Assembly (NCBI GenBank): GCA_033762295.1
Contig: JANRLW010000024.1
Coordinates: 1-22,534, forward strand
Origin: Capsulimonadales bacterium
GTDB taxonomy: Bacteria > Armatimonadota > Armatimonadia > Armatimonadales > Armatimonadaceae
Reading direction: 5' to 3'
DNA length: 22,534 nt
The notes below the pieces were generated by a model that made no database searches, was not told the origin of the DNA, and was given only the letters and a program-made list of their open reading frames with translations. Of this stretch, positions 7,804-16,154 are shown in pieces (the stretch's first letter is position 1; the number at the start of each line of letters is the position of its first letter). A program made the position numbers and the translations under genes.

Positions 7804-8913
7804 CTACGGAGGCGTGAGAACTCCGTGGCCGCACGAGGTACGAACGGTCAACTCCATCGGCAGTTCGATCTCCCGGCCGGCATCCGCCGCCGCCGGGGTC
7901 GCCAGCAGCCGACGCAGCAGATAGCGGGCGGCTTCCTCGCCCAGGCGGGCAAACGGCTGCGCCATGGTGGTCAGCCCCAACCCCTCCAGAAACGGGGACA
8001 TCGCATTCCCGAAGCCGGTCACCGCCACGTCCTCCGGGACCCGACGCCGAAGTTTTCCGAGTCGCCCGATCAGGCGCGCCGCCACCGTGTCGTTGGCGCA
8101 GACGACCGCCGTCAGCGGCGAACCGTCCCCGTCCAGAAAGTCGAGAAGCGGATCATCGGACAGCATTTGTATCCGGGCGTGAAGCTCCCAGCGTCCGCGG
8201 AACGCGATGCCCGCGTTCGACAGCGCGTGGCGATACCCCCGGACTCGCTCCTGGACGGTATGAGACAGCGGTTCGCTGCTCAGAAATCCGATCGAGCGAT
8301 GTCCCAGGGACAGCAGGTGGCGGGTGATCGTCTCCCCGCCGCGAAAGTCGGCGAAACCGAGAAAGTCGGCGGCAAAGCCGGGAACCCGTCGGTCCAGCAG
8401 GACGAACGGCAGCGTGTCGCGCAGCGCCTGAAGCGACGTCCGATCGGCGGGAAGCTCCGGCCAGAGGGCGACGCCGAGGGCGCGTCGAGACATCAACTGG
8501 TCGAGCGAGGGAAGGCGACCCCCCGCCGGCGCCTCTTTGGGCAGCGTGTCCAGCCAGAGAACCGGCAGTCCGAGTTCCGTGGCGACCGACGTCATGCCGC
8601 GCAGAATATGGGCCGCCGACGTCGCCTCCTCGCCATGGCGAACGGCCAGGATCAGGTTGCCGGAGGGAAGGGAGGAGAGGGGAAGGTCCCCGTAGGGTGT
8701 CGCCTGACGGACGATGAACGTGCCGCGCCGACTGTCGCGCCGGATCGTGTTCTCCGCTTCCAGCAGTTCCAGCGCTCGACGGACCGTGTCTCGTTGAACG
8801 TGGAATCGGTCACCGAGCTCCCGTTCCGAGGGCAGGCGATCCTGTGGAAACGTATGGCGACGGATCTCGTGGCGCAGGGCGTCGGCGATTTCCTGGTATC
8901 GTGGGGTTCGCAT
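7804..8913 (-). CDS. GntR-HTH / LacI-type sugar-binding domain transcriptional regulator (AraR-like)
   Basis: RYQEIA..LPSERELGDRFHVQRDTVRRAL..RGTFI HTH, then HLLSLGHRSI, ERVRGY, CANDTVA, VPEDVAVTGF. Start taken as ATG 8913 (GTG 8922 is the alternative). Confidence 0.92.
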   Translation of the reverse strand: MRTPRYQEIADALRHEIRRHTFPQDRLPSERELGDRFHVQRDTVRRALELLEAENTIRRDSRRGTFIVRQATPYGDLPLSSLPSGNLILAVRHGEEATSAAHILRGMTSVATELGLPVLWLDTLPKEAPAGGRLPSLDQLMSRRALGVALWPELPADRTSLQALRDTLPFVLLDRRVPGFAADFLGFADFRGGETITRHLLSLGHRSIGFLSSEPLSHTVQERVRGYRHALSNAGIAFRGRWELHARIQMLSDDPLLDFLDGDGSPLTAVVCANDTVAARLIGRLGKLRRRVPEDVAVTGFGNAMSPFLEGLGLTTMAQPFARLGEEAARYLLRRLLATPAAADAGREIELPMELTVRTSCGHGVLTPP

Positions 8914-8924
8914 ATCTACCACAC

Positions 8925-8954
8925 AGTCTACCAGAGGAAAAATTGTCGCACAAT
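8925..8954 (-). promoter_or_regulatory. Sigma70-type promoter of the regulator, overlapped by a palindromic operator candidate
   Basis: Minus strand TTGTGC-17 nt-TAGACT with TGn extension. Palindrome ATTGT-CGC-ACAAT at 8942-8954. Confidence 0.6.
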
Positions 8955-9020
8955 CCGCCGCTCTCGGGGAGGGACGTCCCGGTTTCGTCCGAAAGATTTA
9001 ACCTGCCCTTAATATTTGTT

Positions 9021-9041
9021 TGGTATACCTCGTGGTATAGT
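9021..9041 (+). promoter_or_regulatory. Putative extended -10 promoter / operator for the DUF1559 gene
   Basis: TGgTATAGT at 9033-9041, preceded by the palindrome GGTATACC at 9022-9029. Confidence 0.5.
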
Positions 9042-9061
9042 TGAGCGGAAAGGAACCGCCG

Positions 9062-9865
9062 ATGACCACTATTTCCCCGTCCCGTCGACCGGTTGCGCCG
9101 GGTCACGGTTTTACGTTGATCGAACTGCTCGTTGTTATCGCCATTATTGCCATACTTGCCGCGATTCTGTTTCCCGTCTTTGCCCAGGCCCGGGAGAAAG
9201 CCCGTCAGTCCGCCTGCCTTTCCGGTCTGCGGCAGGTCGGGCTCGCCTTCGCCATGTACGTTCAGGACTACGACGAGATGACGCCGCAGATCTGGTACGG
9301 CCCGAACTCCACAAACCAGCGATACTTCTGGATGGATGCTCTGGTGCCGTATGTGAAGAGTTCGGAGTTCTTCTCCGCCTGTCCGTCCAAAGACTTCGGC
9401 CTCTGGGTACCCAGTCCGCGGATCGAACAGCCACTGGCAAACAACGGCTCACGCAACAACGTCGCCTTCACCGCCAACTCGCTTTACGCGTCGATCACCC
9501 AGGATGCGACGGATGGTCAGCCGACCACACCGCCGATGCGTGAAAGCGGAACGTCGCTGGCCGCCTTCGCCGTGCCGACCGAAACGATTCTCGCGGGCGA
9601 CGGTACCGGCTACTACATCTCCTACAGCGGCGGCAAAGGCGACCTGAAGGTGGAACTGCAGCCGCCGTACACCGCCCCCCTGAGATTCCCGAATATCGGG
9701 CGTCTGAACTCGGCCGGGACGCGCTTCGCCGGTCGGCACTCCGATGGCGCGAACTGGGCGTTCTGCGACGGACACACCAAGTGGATGCGCCTGGATCAGG
9801 CCGCGATGACCAACCGTAACGGCATCCTTTATTATTTTACGATCGAGGATGACCGTAACTTCTGA
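9062..9865 (+). CDS. Prepilin-type N-terminal cleavage/methylation protein with DUF1559 and H-X9-DG motif (267 aa)
   Basis: [34 protein letters not shown]...YVQDYDE and C-terminal [22 protein letters not shown] before ATG 9062. Confidence 0.93.
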   Translation: MTTISPSRRPVAPGHGFTLIELLVVIAIIAILAAILFPVFAQAREKARQSACLSGLRQVGLAFAMYVQDYDEMTPQIWYGPNSTNQRYFWMDALVPYVKSSEFFSACPSKDFGLWVPSPRIEQPLANNGSRNNVAFTANSLYASITQDATDGQPTTPPMRESGTSLAAFAVPTETILAGDGTGYYISYSGGKGDLKVELQPPYTAPLRFPNIGRLNSAGTRFAGRHSDGANWAFCDGHTKWMRLDQAAMTNRNGILYYFTIEDDRNF

Positions 9866-9883
9866 ATCGGGAGCACACAACCA

Positions 9884-11002
9884 ATGACAAACGGCTTGTC
9901 ACGACGGGAGTTTCTGGAGGGGACGGCGGGGATGGCGGTGGCGTTGCCGGCGCTGTCTTCGCAGGAACGAGGCGATGCCACGTTCCGATTCGTCGCTCTC
10001 GGCGACCTGCACTTCGACCGATGGAACCACCACGATCACGAATGGCTGGCGCGGGAGAAGCCAAACGATGTACGTCAGGTGCAAAACTACAGCCGGATCA
10101 CGGCGGAGGTTTTGCCCGCCCTCTTCGCGGAGGTGCGCGAACAGATAACGGCGGATGCCTCGATGGCCTTTGTCGCCCATATCGGGGATTTCGTCGAGGG
10201 ACTGGCGGGAACGCCCGAACTCGCCCGGAAACACTGTCGCGAAGCCGTGGAGTTCGTGCGCGAGGCCCGTCTGGGCAGGCCGTTTGTCTTCGTCAAGGGG
10301 AATCACGATATCACGGGGCCGGGAGCGGTCGAGGCGTTCAACGACATTCTCCTGCCGTTTGTCGGCAGCCAGCTCGGACGGACGTTATCGGGTTCCTCAT
10401 TCGTTCAGCGACACGGGAACGCGCTGTTCGTCTATTACGACGCCTACGATCCCGGCAGTTTGGACTGGCTGGAAAAGACGCTGGCGGAGCGAAAGGAAAA
10501 GCATCTCTTTTTCGTGATCCATCCGCCGGTCGTTCCGTACAGCGCGCGTTCCAACTGGCACCTCTTCGCTCGACCGGAACAGGCGGCTCAGCGCGAACGT
10601 CTGCTGAACCTGCTCGGAAAACACCGCGCGGTCGTGTTGTGCGGCCATCTGCACAAGTACGGCACGGTCGTGCGCCACACGCCGGCCGGGCCGTTCGTGC
10701 AGATCGCCCTGCTCAGCGTGCTGCCGGACCGGGAGGTGAAACCGAAGGACGAGGTCCGCGGCCTGTCCGAGTACGGCCCGGAACTGGTCCGGTTCGAGGC
10801 CGGTTTCTCGCCCGATTCCCGCGCTCAACGCCAGGAGCTGCTGATAAAGGAAAAACCGCATATTCGTTACTTCGAGTACGCGGACACCGCCGGGTACGGT
10901 ATTGTCTCGGTTTCCGGCGAGGATATCGGCATTACCCTGTACAATGGGACCGGAAAGCGAGTATGGCGGACGCTCGACATCACCCAGTTGCTGCGTTCAT
11001 GA
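9884..11002 (+). CDS. Tat-exported calcineurin-like metallophosphoesterase
   Basis: SRREFL Tat motif; GDLH, HIGDFVE, GNHD, IHPP and GHLH metal motifs. Confidence 0.88.
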   Translation: MTNGLSRREFLEGTAGMAVALPALSSQERGDATFRFVALGDLHFDRWNHHDHEWLAREKPNDVRQVQNYSRITAEVLPALFAEVREQITADASMAFVAHIGDFVEGLAGTPELARKHCREAVEFVREARLGRPFVFVKGNHDITGPGAVEAFNDILLPFVGSQLGRTLSGSSFVQRHGNALFVYYDAYDPGSLDWLEKTLAERKEKHLFFVIHPPVVPYSARSNWHLFARPEQAAQRERLLNLLGKHRAVVLCGHLHKYGTVVRHTPAGPFVQIALLSVLPDREVKPKDEVRGLSEYGPELVRFEAGFSPDSRAQRQELLIKEKPHIRYFEYADTAGYGIVSVSGEDIGITLYNGTGKRVWRTLDITQLLRS

Positions 11003-11100
11003 AGCGAGCGGTCCGGAATTTTTCCGGTAAGGTGGGAGGGAATTAGCGCGACCTTCGGCAAAACTATTCCGCTATCGCGGGAATCCGGAGGGAATGGACC

Positions 11101-12369
11101 ATGTTTCTGTCAGCTTGCGCCGTCGCTTTGCATCTTTTGCTTTCGTCATCGGGCGACGATACCGATTGGCCGCAGTGGCGCGGCCCGAACCGAAACGGTC
11201 ATGCCGTCGGCGCGCGCCTGCCGGTGCGCTGGCCGGAGACGTTTCCCGCTCCGCAGTGGCGGGCTCCGGTGGGGATTGGGTACTCCTCGCCGGTGATCGC
11301 CGGAGGACGACTTTTCATCATGGGCCGCGATACGAGCGGAAACGAGGTCTGTTACGCGTTCGATGCCGCCACCGGGAAACCTCTCTGGTCCCACCGCTAT
11401 CCCTCGACCTTCGAACCGCCGGACCCGACGGCCGGAAAGGGACCGAACTCGACGCCGACCGTCGATAAGGACCGTGTCTACATGCTCGGTCTCGGCGGGA
11501 TGTTTCACTGTCTGGACGTGAAGACCGGGCGTGTCCTCTGGAAGCACGATCTGGAAGCCGAGTACTGGGGCGTGGAAAAGGATGCGGTGGGGCAGGAAGC
11601 GTGGCGTCCGGTGTGTGGCGCGTCCGCCTCCGCTCTGGTGGATGGGCGCGAGGTGATCGTGCCGGTGGGCGGCAAGAAGGCGGGGGCCTTCGCCGGGTTC
11701 GATCGGGCAACCGGAAGACTGCTGCGAAAATCGCTGGACGATCGAAGCAGTTATGCGTCGCCGCTCCGGGGCGAACTGGCCGGTGTGTCGCAGATTGTCG
11801 GGTTCACCGGCACCCGCATGGTCGGACTGGACGCACGGAACCGGAACCTTCTCTGGGAGCACCCGTTCAAGGCCATGTACGAGCAGACCATTATCACTCC
11901 CGTTCTCCGGAAAAACCAGGTCATCGTTTGCGGGGAGGCACGTCCGACCGTCGCTCTGGAGATCGCCAACGAAAACGGAAAGTGGACGGCGAAGACGGCA
12001 TGGCAGAATGCGGACCTTTCCGCTTACCTGACGACGCCGGTCGTCTTCGGGGAGCGTTTGCTCGGGTACGACCAAAAGACCCGGCGACCGGTCTGTATCG
12101 ACCCGGCGACCGGAACCACCGTCTGGACCGGCCCCCGAATCGGGAGGATGTTCATGGGCCTGACCGTCGTGGGTGACCGGATACTGGCCCTCAGCGATTC
12201 CGGCGAACTGCTGGTGCTGGAGGCCAATCCGCAGGAGTATAAAGAGATCGGACGCTGGAAGCTGGCCGCTCCCGGAACGATCTGGTCGCTCCCGGCGCTG
12301 GTCGGAAACCGCCTGTATATCCGCGATCAGGAGAGCGTCACCTGTTTCGAACTGCCGTCGGCCGGTTAA
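11101..12369 (+). CDS. PQQ-binding-like beta-propeller repeat protein (BamB-like fold), secreted
   Basis: Signal peptide, DWPQWRGPNRNG, YSSPVI, repeated D..TG..LW blades, WSLPAL..RLYIRD. GGAGG RBS. Confidence 0.88.
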   Translation: MFLSACAVALHLLLSSSGDDTDWPQWRGPNRNGHAVGARLPVRWPETFPAPQWRAPVGIGYSSPVIAGGRLFIMGRDTSGNEVCYAFDAATGKPLWSHRYPSTFEPPDPTAGKGPNSTPTVDKDRVYMLGLGGMFHCLDVKTGRVLWKHDLEAEYWGVEKDAVGQEAWRPVCGASASALVDGREVIVPVGGKKAGAFAGFDRATGRLLRKSLDDRSSYASPLRGELAGVSQIVGFTGTRMVGLDARNRNLLWEHPFKAMYEQTIITPVLRKNQVIVCGEARPTVALEIANENGKWTAKTAWQNADLSAYLTTPVVFGERLLGYDQKTRRPVCIDPATGTTVWTGPRIGRMFMGLTVVGDRILALSDSGELLVLEANPQEYKEIGRWKLAAPGTIWSLPALVGNRLYIRDQESVTCFELPSAG

Positions 12370-12399
12370 CGAGAGTCGGGACGGCGGCATGCCGCATGG

Positions 12400-12442
12400 T
12401 CAGTCTCCTCCGTCTTTCCTATCGGTAAACGGAGGAGCCTGA
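12400..12442. terminator. Hairpin between convergent genes (possible bidirectional terminator)
   Basis: TCAG-t-CTCCTCCGT (12400-12413) pairs with ACGGAGGAG-c-CTGA (12429-12442). No clear U-tract. Confidence 0.45.
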
Positions 12443-12466
12443 TGCAGTGGAAGACGGCAACGCGGA

Positions 12467-12769
12467 TCAGTCGCGCATCGGGGCGACGTTCCACTCGTAC
12501 CGTTCCTTCTCCGGCAGGTGGACGAACACCGTTTGCTTTTTGCTGCCGTCGTCGATCGACGACTCCGCCAGTGCGGAAACGAAATGATGGTAGACCCGGA
12601 AGAAGACCGCGCCGAACATCAGGACGATAAACGCGCCCATCAGAGGGAACGCGTTTCGCTGAACGATCGCCTGGTACACCTGGAACAGGGCGACGAAGCC
12701 GAGGGCGAGAAGCAGGAGCAGAAACACGGACATCATCGTGACGGTGAAACGAAACTGTTTGATTGTCAT
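12467..12769 (-). CDS. Hypothetical 100-aa membrane protein with two TM helices
   Basis: Two clear hydrophobic spans (MMSVFLLLLLALGFVALF; FPLMGAFIVLMFGAVFF), a polar C-terminal tail, and an upstream promoter. Confidence 0.75.
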   Translation of the reverse strand: MTIKQFRFTVTMMSVFLLLLLALGFVALFQVYQAIVQRNAFPLMGAFIVLMFGAVFFRVYHHFVSALAESSIDDGSKKQTVFVHLPEKERYEWNVAPMRD

Positions 12770-12855
12770 GGCAACGAGTAACCCCGGTATTTGCTGTGCA
12801 GGAAATCCTGTAACTCTATCTTTACCAGCTAAACCGGGATTACTGCGCCCGTATT

Positions 12856-12885
12856 ATTATGGTTTTTATCGGAAGGCGCTGTCAA
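12856..12885 (-). promoter_or_regulatory. Sigma70 promoter for the small membrane protein
   Basis: Minus strand TTGACA (12885-12880)-18 nt-CATAAT (12861-12856). Confidence 0.6.
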
Positions 12886-13085
12886 CGGCATGAAAGTTGC
12901 GGGAGGCGCGGGACCTGCCATGCCTGGCGGCTTGATGGCGGAGTCGGCGCGACGCTTTTCGAACGGGGGGCCGGCGTTCGCCGGAGGAGGGCAGGGCGGT
13001 CGTTCTCAGGACCGCTTTTCGGAGAGGGTCGGAAGGGCGTTCCCGTCCGACCCGTAAATTTCGGTGGAAGTGACACCGCTCCCGC

Positions 13086-13658
13086 TTACGCGGCGTAGTG
13101 TCGGACGATCAGGTCGTTCTGAATCCAGAGCAGCTTGGAGAACGCCCGGATCGCGCCGGCTTTCGCCTCGAACGGAAGATCGGCGCCGAGGATGGTCGCA
13201 TGGAACGCATCGGCGACGAAGCCCATCAGCGCATTCATCTGCACCAGCGGCACCACGATTTCCGGGTTCCCCGCGCCCGGCGTATGGATTTTCCCGACGA
13301 CGTCCAGATACTGTACCAGTTTTCCGTCGTAGGGCGCCGTCACCAACTTTTCGAGGTACCGGGAGAGATGTTGTTTTCGGAAGGCGATCTGCGGATGCGC
13401 CATGGTCAGTTCCGCCAGGTCGGCCGGGATCGCGCCTTCATATCCGGCCTGCCGCGGCAAAAAATGACGCCAGGTGGCATCATAGGTCGAGAGTTTCGCG
13501 TAAACGGCGTCCACCAGAGTCGGGACGAGCGGCGCCAGAAGAGGCGCGGCCCCATGAATAATGGCGATATCCTCCTCACCGAACCCGATAAACTCACAGA
13601 GATACGTAAACCGGTACGCCACATCGTGTTCCAGACGACCTTCATCAATATGCTGCAT
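13086..13658 (-). CDS. Protoglobin-family single-domain sensor globin
   Basis: YRFTYLCEFIGF.EED, VDAVYAKL, FRKQHLSRYL, YLDVVGKIH (likely proximal His), AFSKLLWIQNDL. Confidence 0.88.
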   Translation of the reverse strand: MQHIDEGRLEHDVAYRFTYLCEFIGFGEEDIAIIHGAAPLLAPLVPTLVDAVYAKLSTYDATWRHFLPRQAGYEGAIPADLAELTMAHPQIAFRKQHLSRYLEKLVTAPYDGKLVQYLDVVGKIHTPGAGNPEIVVPLVQMNALMGFVADAFHATILGADLPFEAKAGAIRAFSKLLWIQNDLIVRHYAA

Positions 13659-13778
13659 TGTTCTCGCCTTCCCGGCATAACGAATGGTATGCCGGGGGAA
13701 ATAGTATCGTTATGTCTCCTGTCGGGAATCCCCCGAACGGCGGATTGAGGGGACCTAACACAAACGCTTGTGACAGGC

Positions 13779-13794
13779 TGTGACATTTTTCACA
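13779..13794. promoter_or_regulatory. CRP/FNR-family or Rex-type operator
   Basis: Perfect TGTGA-CATTTT-TCACA between divergent genes. Extra TGTGACA half-site at 13769-13775. Confidence 0.7.
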
Positions 13795-13853
13795 CCAGAG
13801 GTGAAGCGGAAGGGAGCGTCGCCTCGAGTACCTTTGGAACGGAAGGAAGTTTT

Positions 13854-15143
13854 ATGCTGAAACGTACAGGTATCGCTCTTTTTCTATTGATGCTTTCTTG
13901 CCCCGTATCGGCCCAGACGGTTTCCGACAACCGGCTACGGGTCACCACCTACCTGACCGGCTTCACTCAGCCGACCCAGCTCCGGTTTCTCGGCTATGAC
14001 GATGTGCTGATCACCGAGAAATCGACCGGGCGGGTCATCCGCTCCCGTGGCGGCGTCCGCACCACTCTGCTCGATCTGAATGTCGCCAACAACAGCGAAC
14101 GGGGACTGCTCGGTCTGACGCTGGACCCGCAGTTCGCCACGAATAAGCAGGTTTACGTCTACTATAGCCGGAGCGGAACGGTCGGAGACGGGAGTACGTG
14201 GGCCGAAAACCGGCTCTCCCGGTTTACGTTTGACGGCACCGCTCTGGTCAACGAACAGCTTTTGCGGACCTTCGGGTCGGCGACCGACGGTCAGAACGTC
14301 GGGCCGAACCATGACGGGGGCCCCATCCTCTTCGGTCCGGACGGAAAACTCTACGGCGTGGTCGGAGACCTGAACCGTATCGCCGCCGAGCAGAACAATA
14401 CCGGCACGCCGAACCGATCTTCGCTGGTCGGCGGCGTCTACCGGCTCAACCCGGACGGGACCATTCCGACCGATAACCCGTTCGCCTCGAATGCGAATCC
14501 GGACTTCCGGCCCTGGTTCTCCTACGGGGTTCGCAACTCCTACGGTCTGACTTTCGATCCCCTGACCGGCAACCTCTGGGATACCGAGAACGGACCGGGA
14601 ACGAACGACGAGATCAATATGGTCACTCCGGGAATGAACAGCGGCTGGCTGACCCTGATGGGGCCGTCCTCGCGCAATCCGACGGCGGTGCCACGTCTGC
14701 TGAACCTGCCGGGATCGGCCTATGTCGACCCGAAATTCACCTTTTTAAACCCGATCGGGATTACCGCACTGACGTTCCTCGCCAACACGCGGTTCGGAAA
14801 CGCCTATCAGAACGGTCTGCTGGTCGGCGACAACAACAACGGTTCCCTGTACCTGTTTCGCCTGAATGCCGCCCGTAACGGATTCGTGCTGAGCGGCGAC
14901 CTGGCGGACCTGGTCGCGGATTCGGTGACGGAAAGAAACCTCAATCGTTTCGGCTCCGGGTTCGGGGCGGTCACCGACCTGCAGGTAGGGCCGGATAATG
15001 CCATCTATGTCACCAGTTTCACGCAGGGGCGGGTCTTCCGGATCGCGGCGATCAGCCCGGAACCCTCCGCTTTGCTCCTGCTCGCTTCGACATTGTTGAT
15101 CTGGCTCGCCGTTGCGGCGAACCTGCGGCGACAATCCCCGTAG
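13854..15143 (+). CDS. PQQ-dependent sugar dehydrogenase (GSDH family) with PEP-CTERM-like tail (429 aa)
   Basis: Signal peptide ending VSA; ERGLLGL.LDP.F, NHDGG..FGPDGKLY, GVRNSYG, WDTENG, DEIN; C-terminal SPEPS + hydrophobic helix + RR. Confidence 0.9.
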   Translation: MLKRTGIALFLLMLSCPVSAQTVSDNRLRVTTYLTGFTQPTQLRFLGYDDVLITEKSTGRVIRSRGGVRTTLLDLNVANNSERGLLGLTLDPQFATNKQVYVYYSRSGTVGDGSTWAENRLSRFTFDGTALVNEQLLRTFGSATDGQNVGPNHDGGPILFGPDGKLYGVVGDLNRIAAEQNNTGTPNRSSLVGGVYRLNPDGTIPTDNPFASNANPDFRPWFSYGVRNSYGLTFDPLTGNLWDTENGPGTNDEINMVTPGMNSGWLTLMGPSSRNPTAVPRLLNLPGSAYVDPKFTFLNPIGITALTFLANTRFGNAYQNGLLVGDNNNGSLYLFRLNAARNGFVLSGDLADLVADSVTERNLNRFGSGFGAVTDLQVGPDNAIYVTSFTQGRVFRIAAISPEPSALLLLASTLLIWLAVAANLRRQSP

Positions 15144-15185
15144 TATAGGGGAGAGTCGAAGGAGCGAAAGCAAAAGGAGAAACCG

Positions 15186-16154
15186 TTGAAAGCGGCAGCC
15201 GTCGATATCGGAACGAATTCGGTCAAAATGGTGATCGGCTGGAAGGACGGCGATGCCATCATCGTCCGGGAAGCGGTCCCGATCATCACCCGTCTGGGTA
15301 AGAACACGGATGCGACCGGGCAACTCGATCCTGTGGCGACGGAGAGGACGCTGGCGGCGTTGCGTCATTTCCGGGAGCAGGCATCGGCCGAAGGGGTTTC
15401 CCTGTTGCGTGCCGTCGGCACGGCGGCGTTGCGTGACGCGGTCAACGGGGCGGAGTTTCTCAACCGGGCCGAGGCGATCCTCGGAGGACCGGTCGAGGTC
15501 ATCTCCGGCGACCGGGAGGCGGAACTGGTCTATCAGGCGGCGCGTAGCGATGCCCGTCGCCTGGCTCCGGAAGCGTCGGTTATCGCGACGACCGATGTCG
15601 GCGGCGGTTCGACGGAAGTGGTGATCGGAGAGGGCGAGCGTCCCCATTTTCGTCGTTCGCTTCAAATCGGCGCGGTTCGTCTGACCGAACGAGCTTTGCT
15701 CTCGGACCCGCCCAGTCCCTCGGATCGACAGGCGGCCGTCGACCTGATCGAGGCGATTCTGGCCGATGTGCCGATGCCGTTCGAGCCGCCGGTCCTGATC
15801 GCGTCCGGCGGAACGGCGGCCAGCCTGGGGGCGATGCATCTGGCAGAGGAGAACCCCGACTTCCTCCGTGCCGTCGGCGCGACGGACTTTCCGGAGCGTC
15901 TGCACGGGGTCTGTCTGACCGCCGGGGAGATCGAGCGGCGGATCGAACGGCTTTGCGAACTGCCGCTGGCAGAGCGACGGACGGTGCCGGGGCTGGAACC
16001 GGAGCGCGCCGACGTGATCATTGCCGGCGCGCTGATTCAGTGGCGACTCCTCCGCCACCTTGGAATCGACTCACTCTTCGTTTCGGCGCACGGCCTGCGC
16101 TACGGTCTTCTTTCCACCCTTCTCGGCGACGGAAACGGCGGACCTACTCGCTAA
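15186..16154 (+). CDS. Ppx/GppA family phosphatase (short form, no HD domain)
   Basis: AVDIGTNS, TAALRDA.N, ISGDREA, DVGGGSTE, GAVRLTE, GGT, RADVI, GLRYG. TTG start with AAGGAG RBS. Confidence 0.93.
   Translation: MKAAAVDIGTNSVKMVIGWKDGDAIIVREAVPIITRLGKNTDATGQLDPVATERTLAALRHFREQASAEGVSLLRAVGTAALRDAVNGAEFLNRAEAILGGPVEVISGDREAELVYQAARSDARRLAPEASVIATTDVGGGSTEVVIGEGERPHFRRSLQIGAVRLTERALLSDPPSPSDRQAAVDLIEAILADVPMPFEPPVLIASGGTAASLGAMHLAEENPDFLRAVGATDFPERLHGVCLTAGEIERRIERLCELPLAERRTVPGLEPERADVIIAGALIQWRLLRHLGIDSLFVSAHGLRYGLLSTLLGDGNGGPTR

Noticed and set aside
12859..13098. 79-aa and 64-aa ORFs in the intergenic region
   Set aside because: No RBS, Arg/Gly/Pro-rich composition, and overlap with promoter and hairpin sequence.
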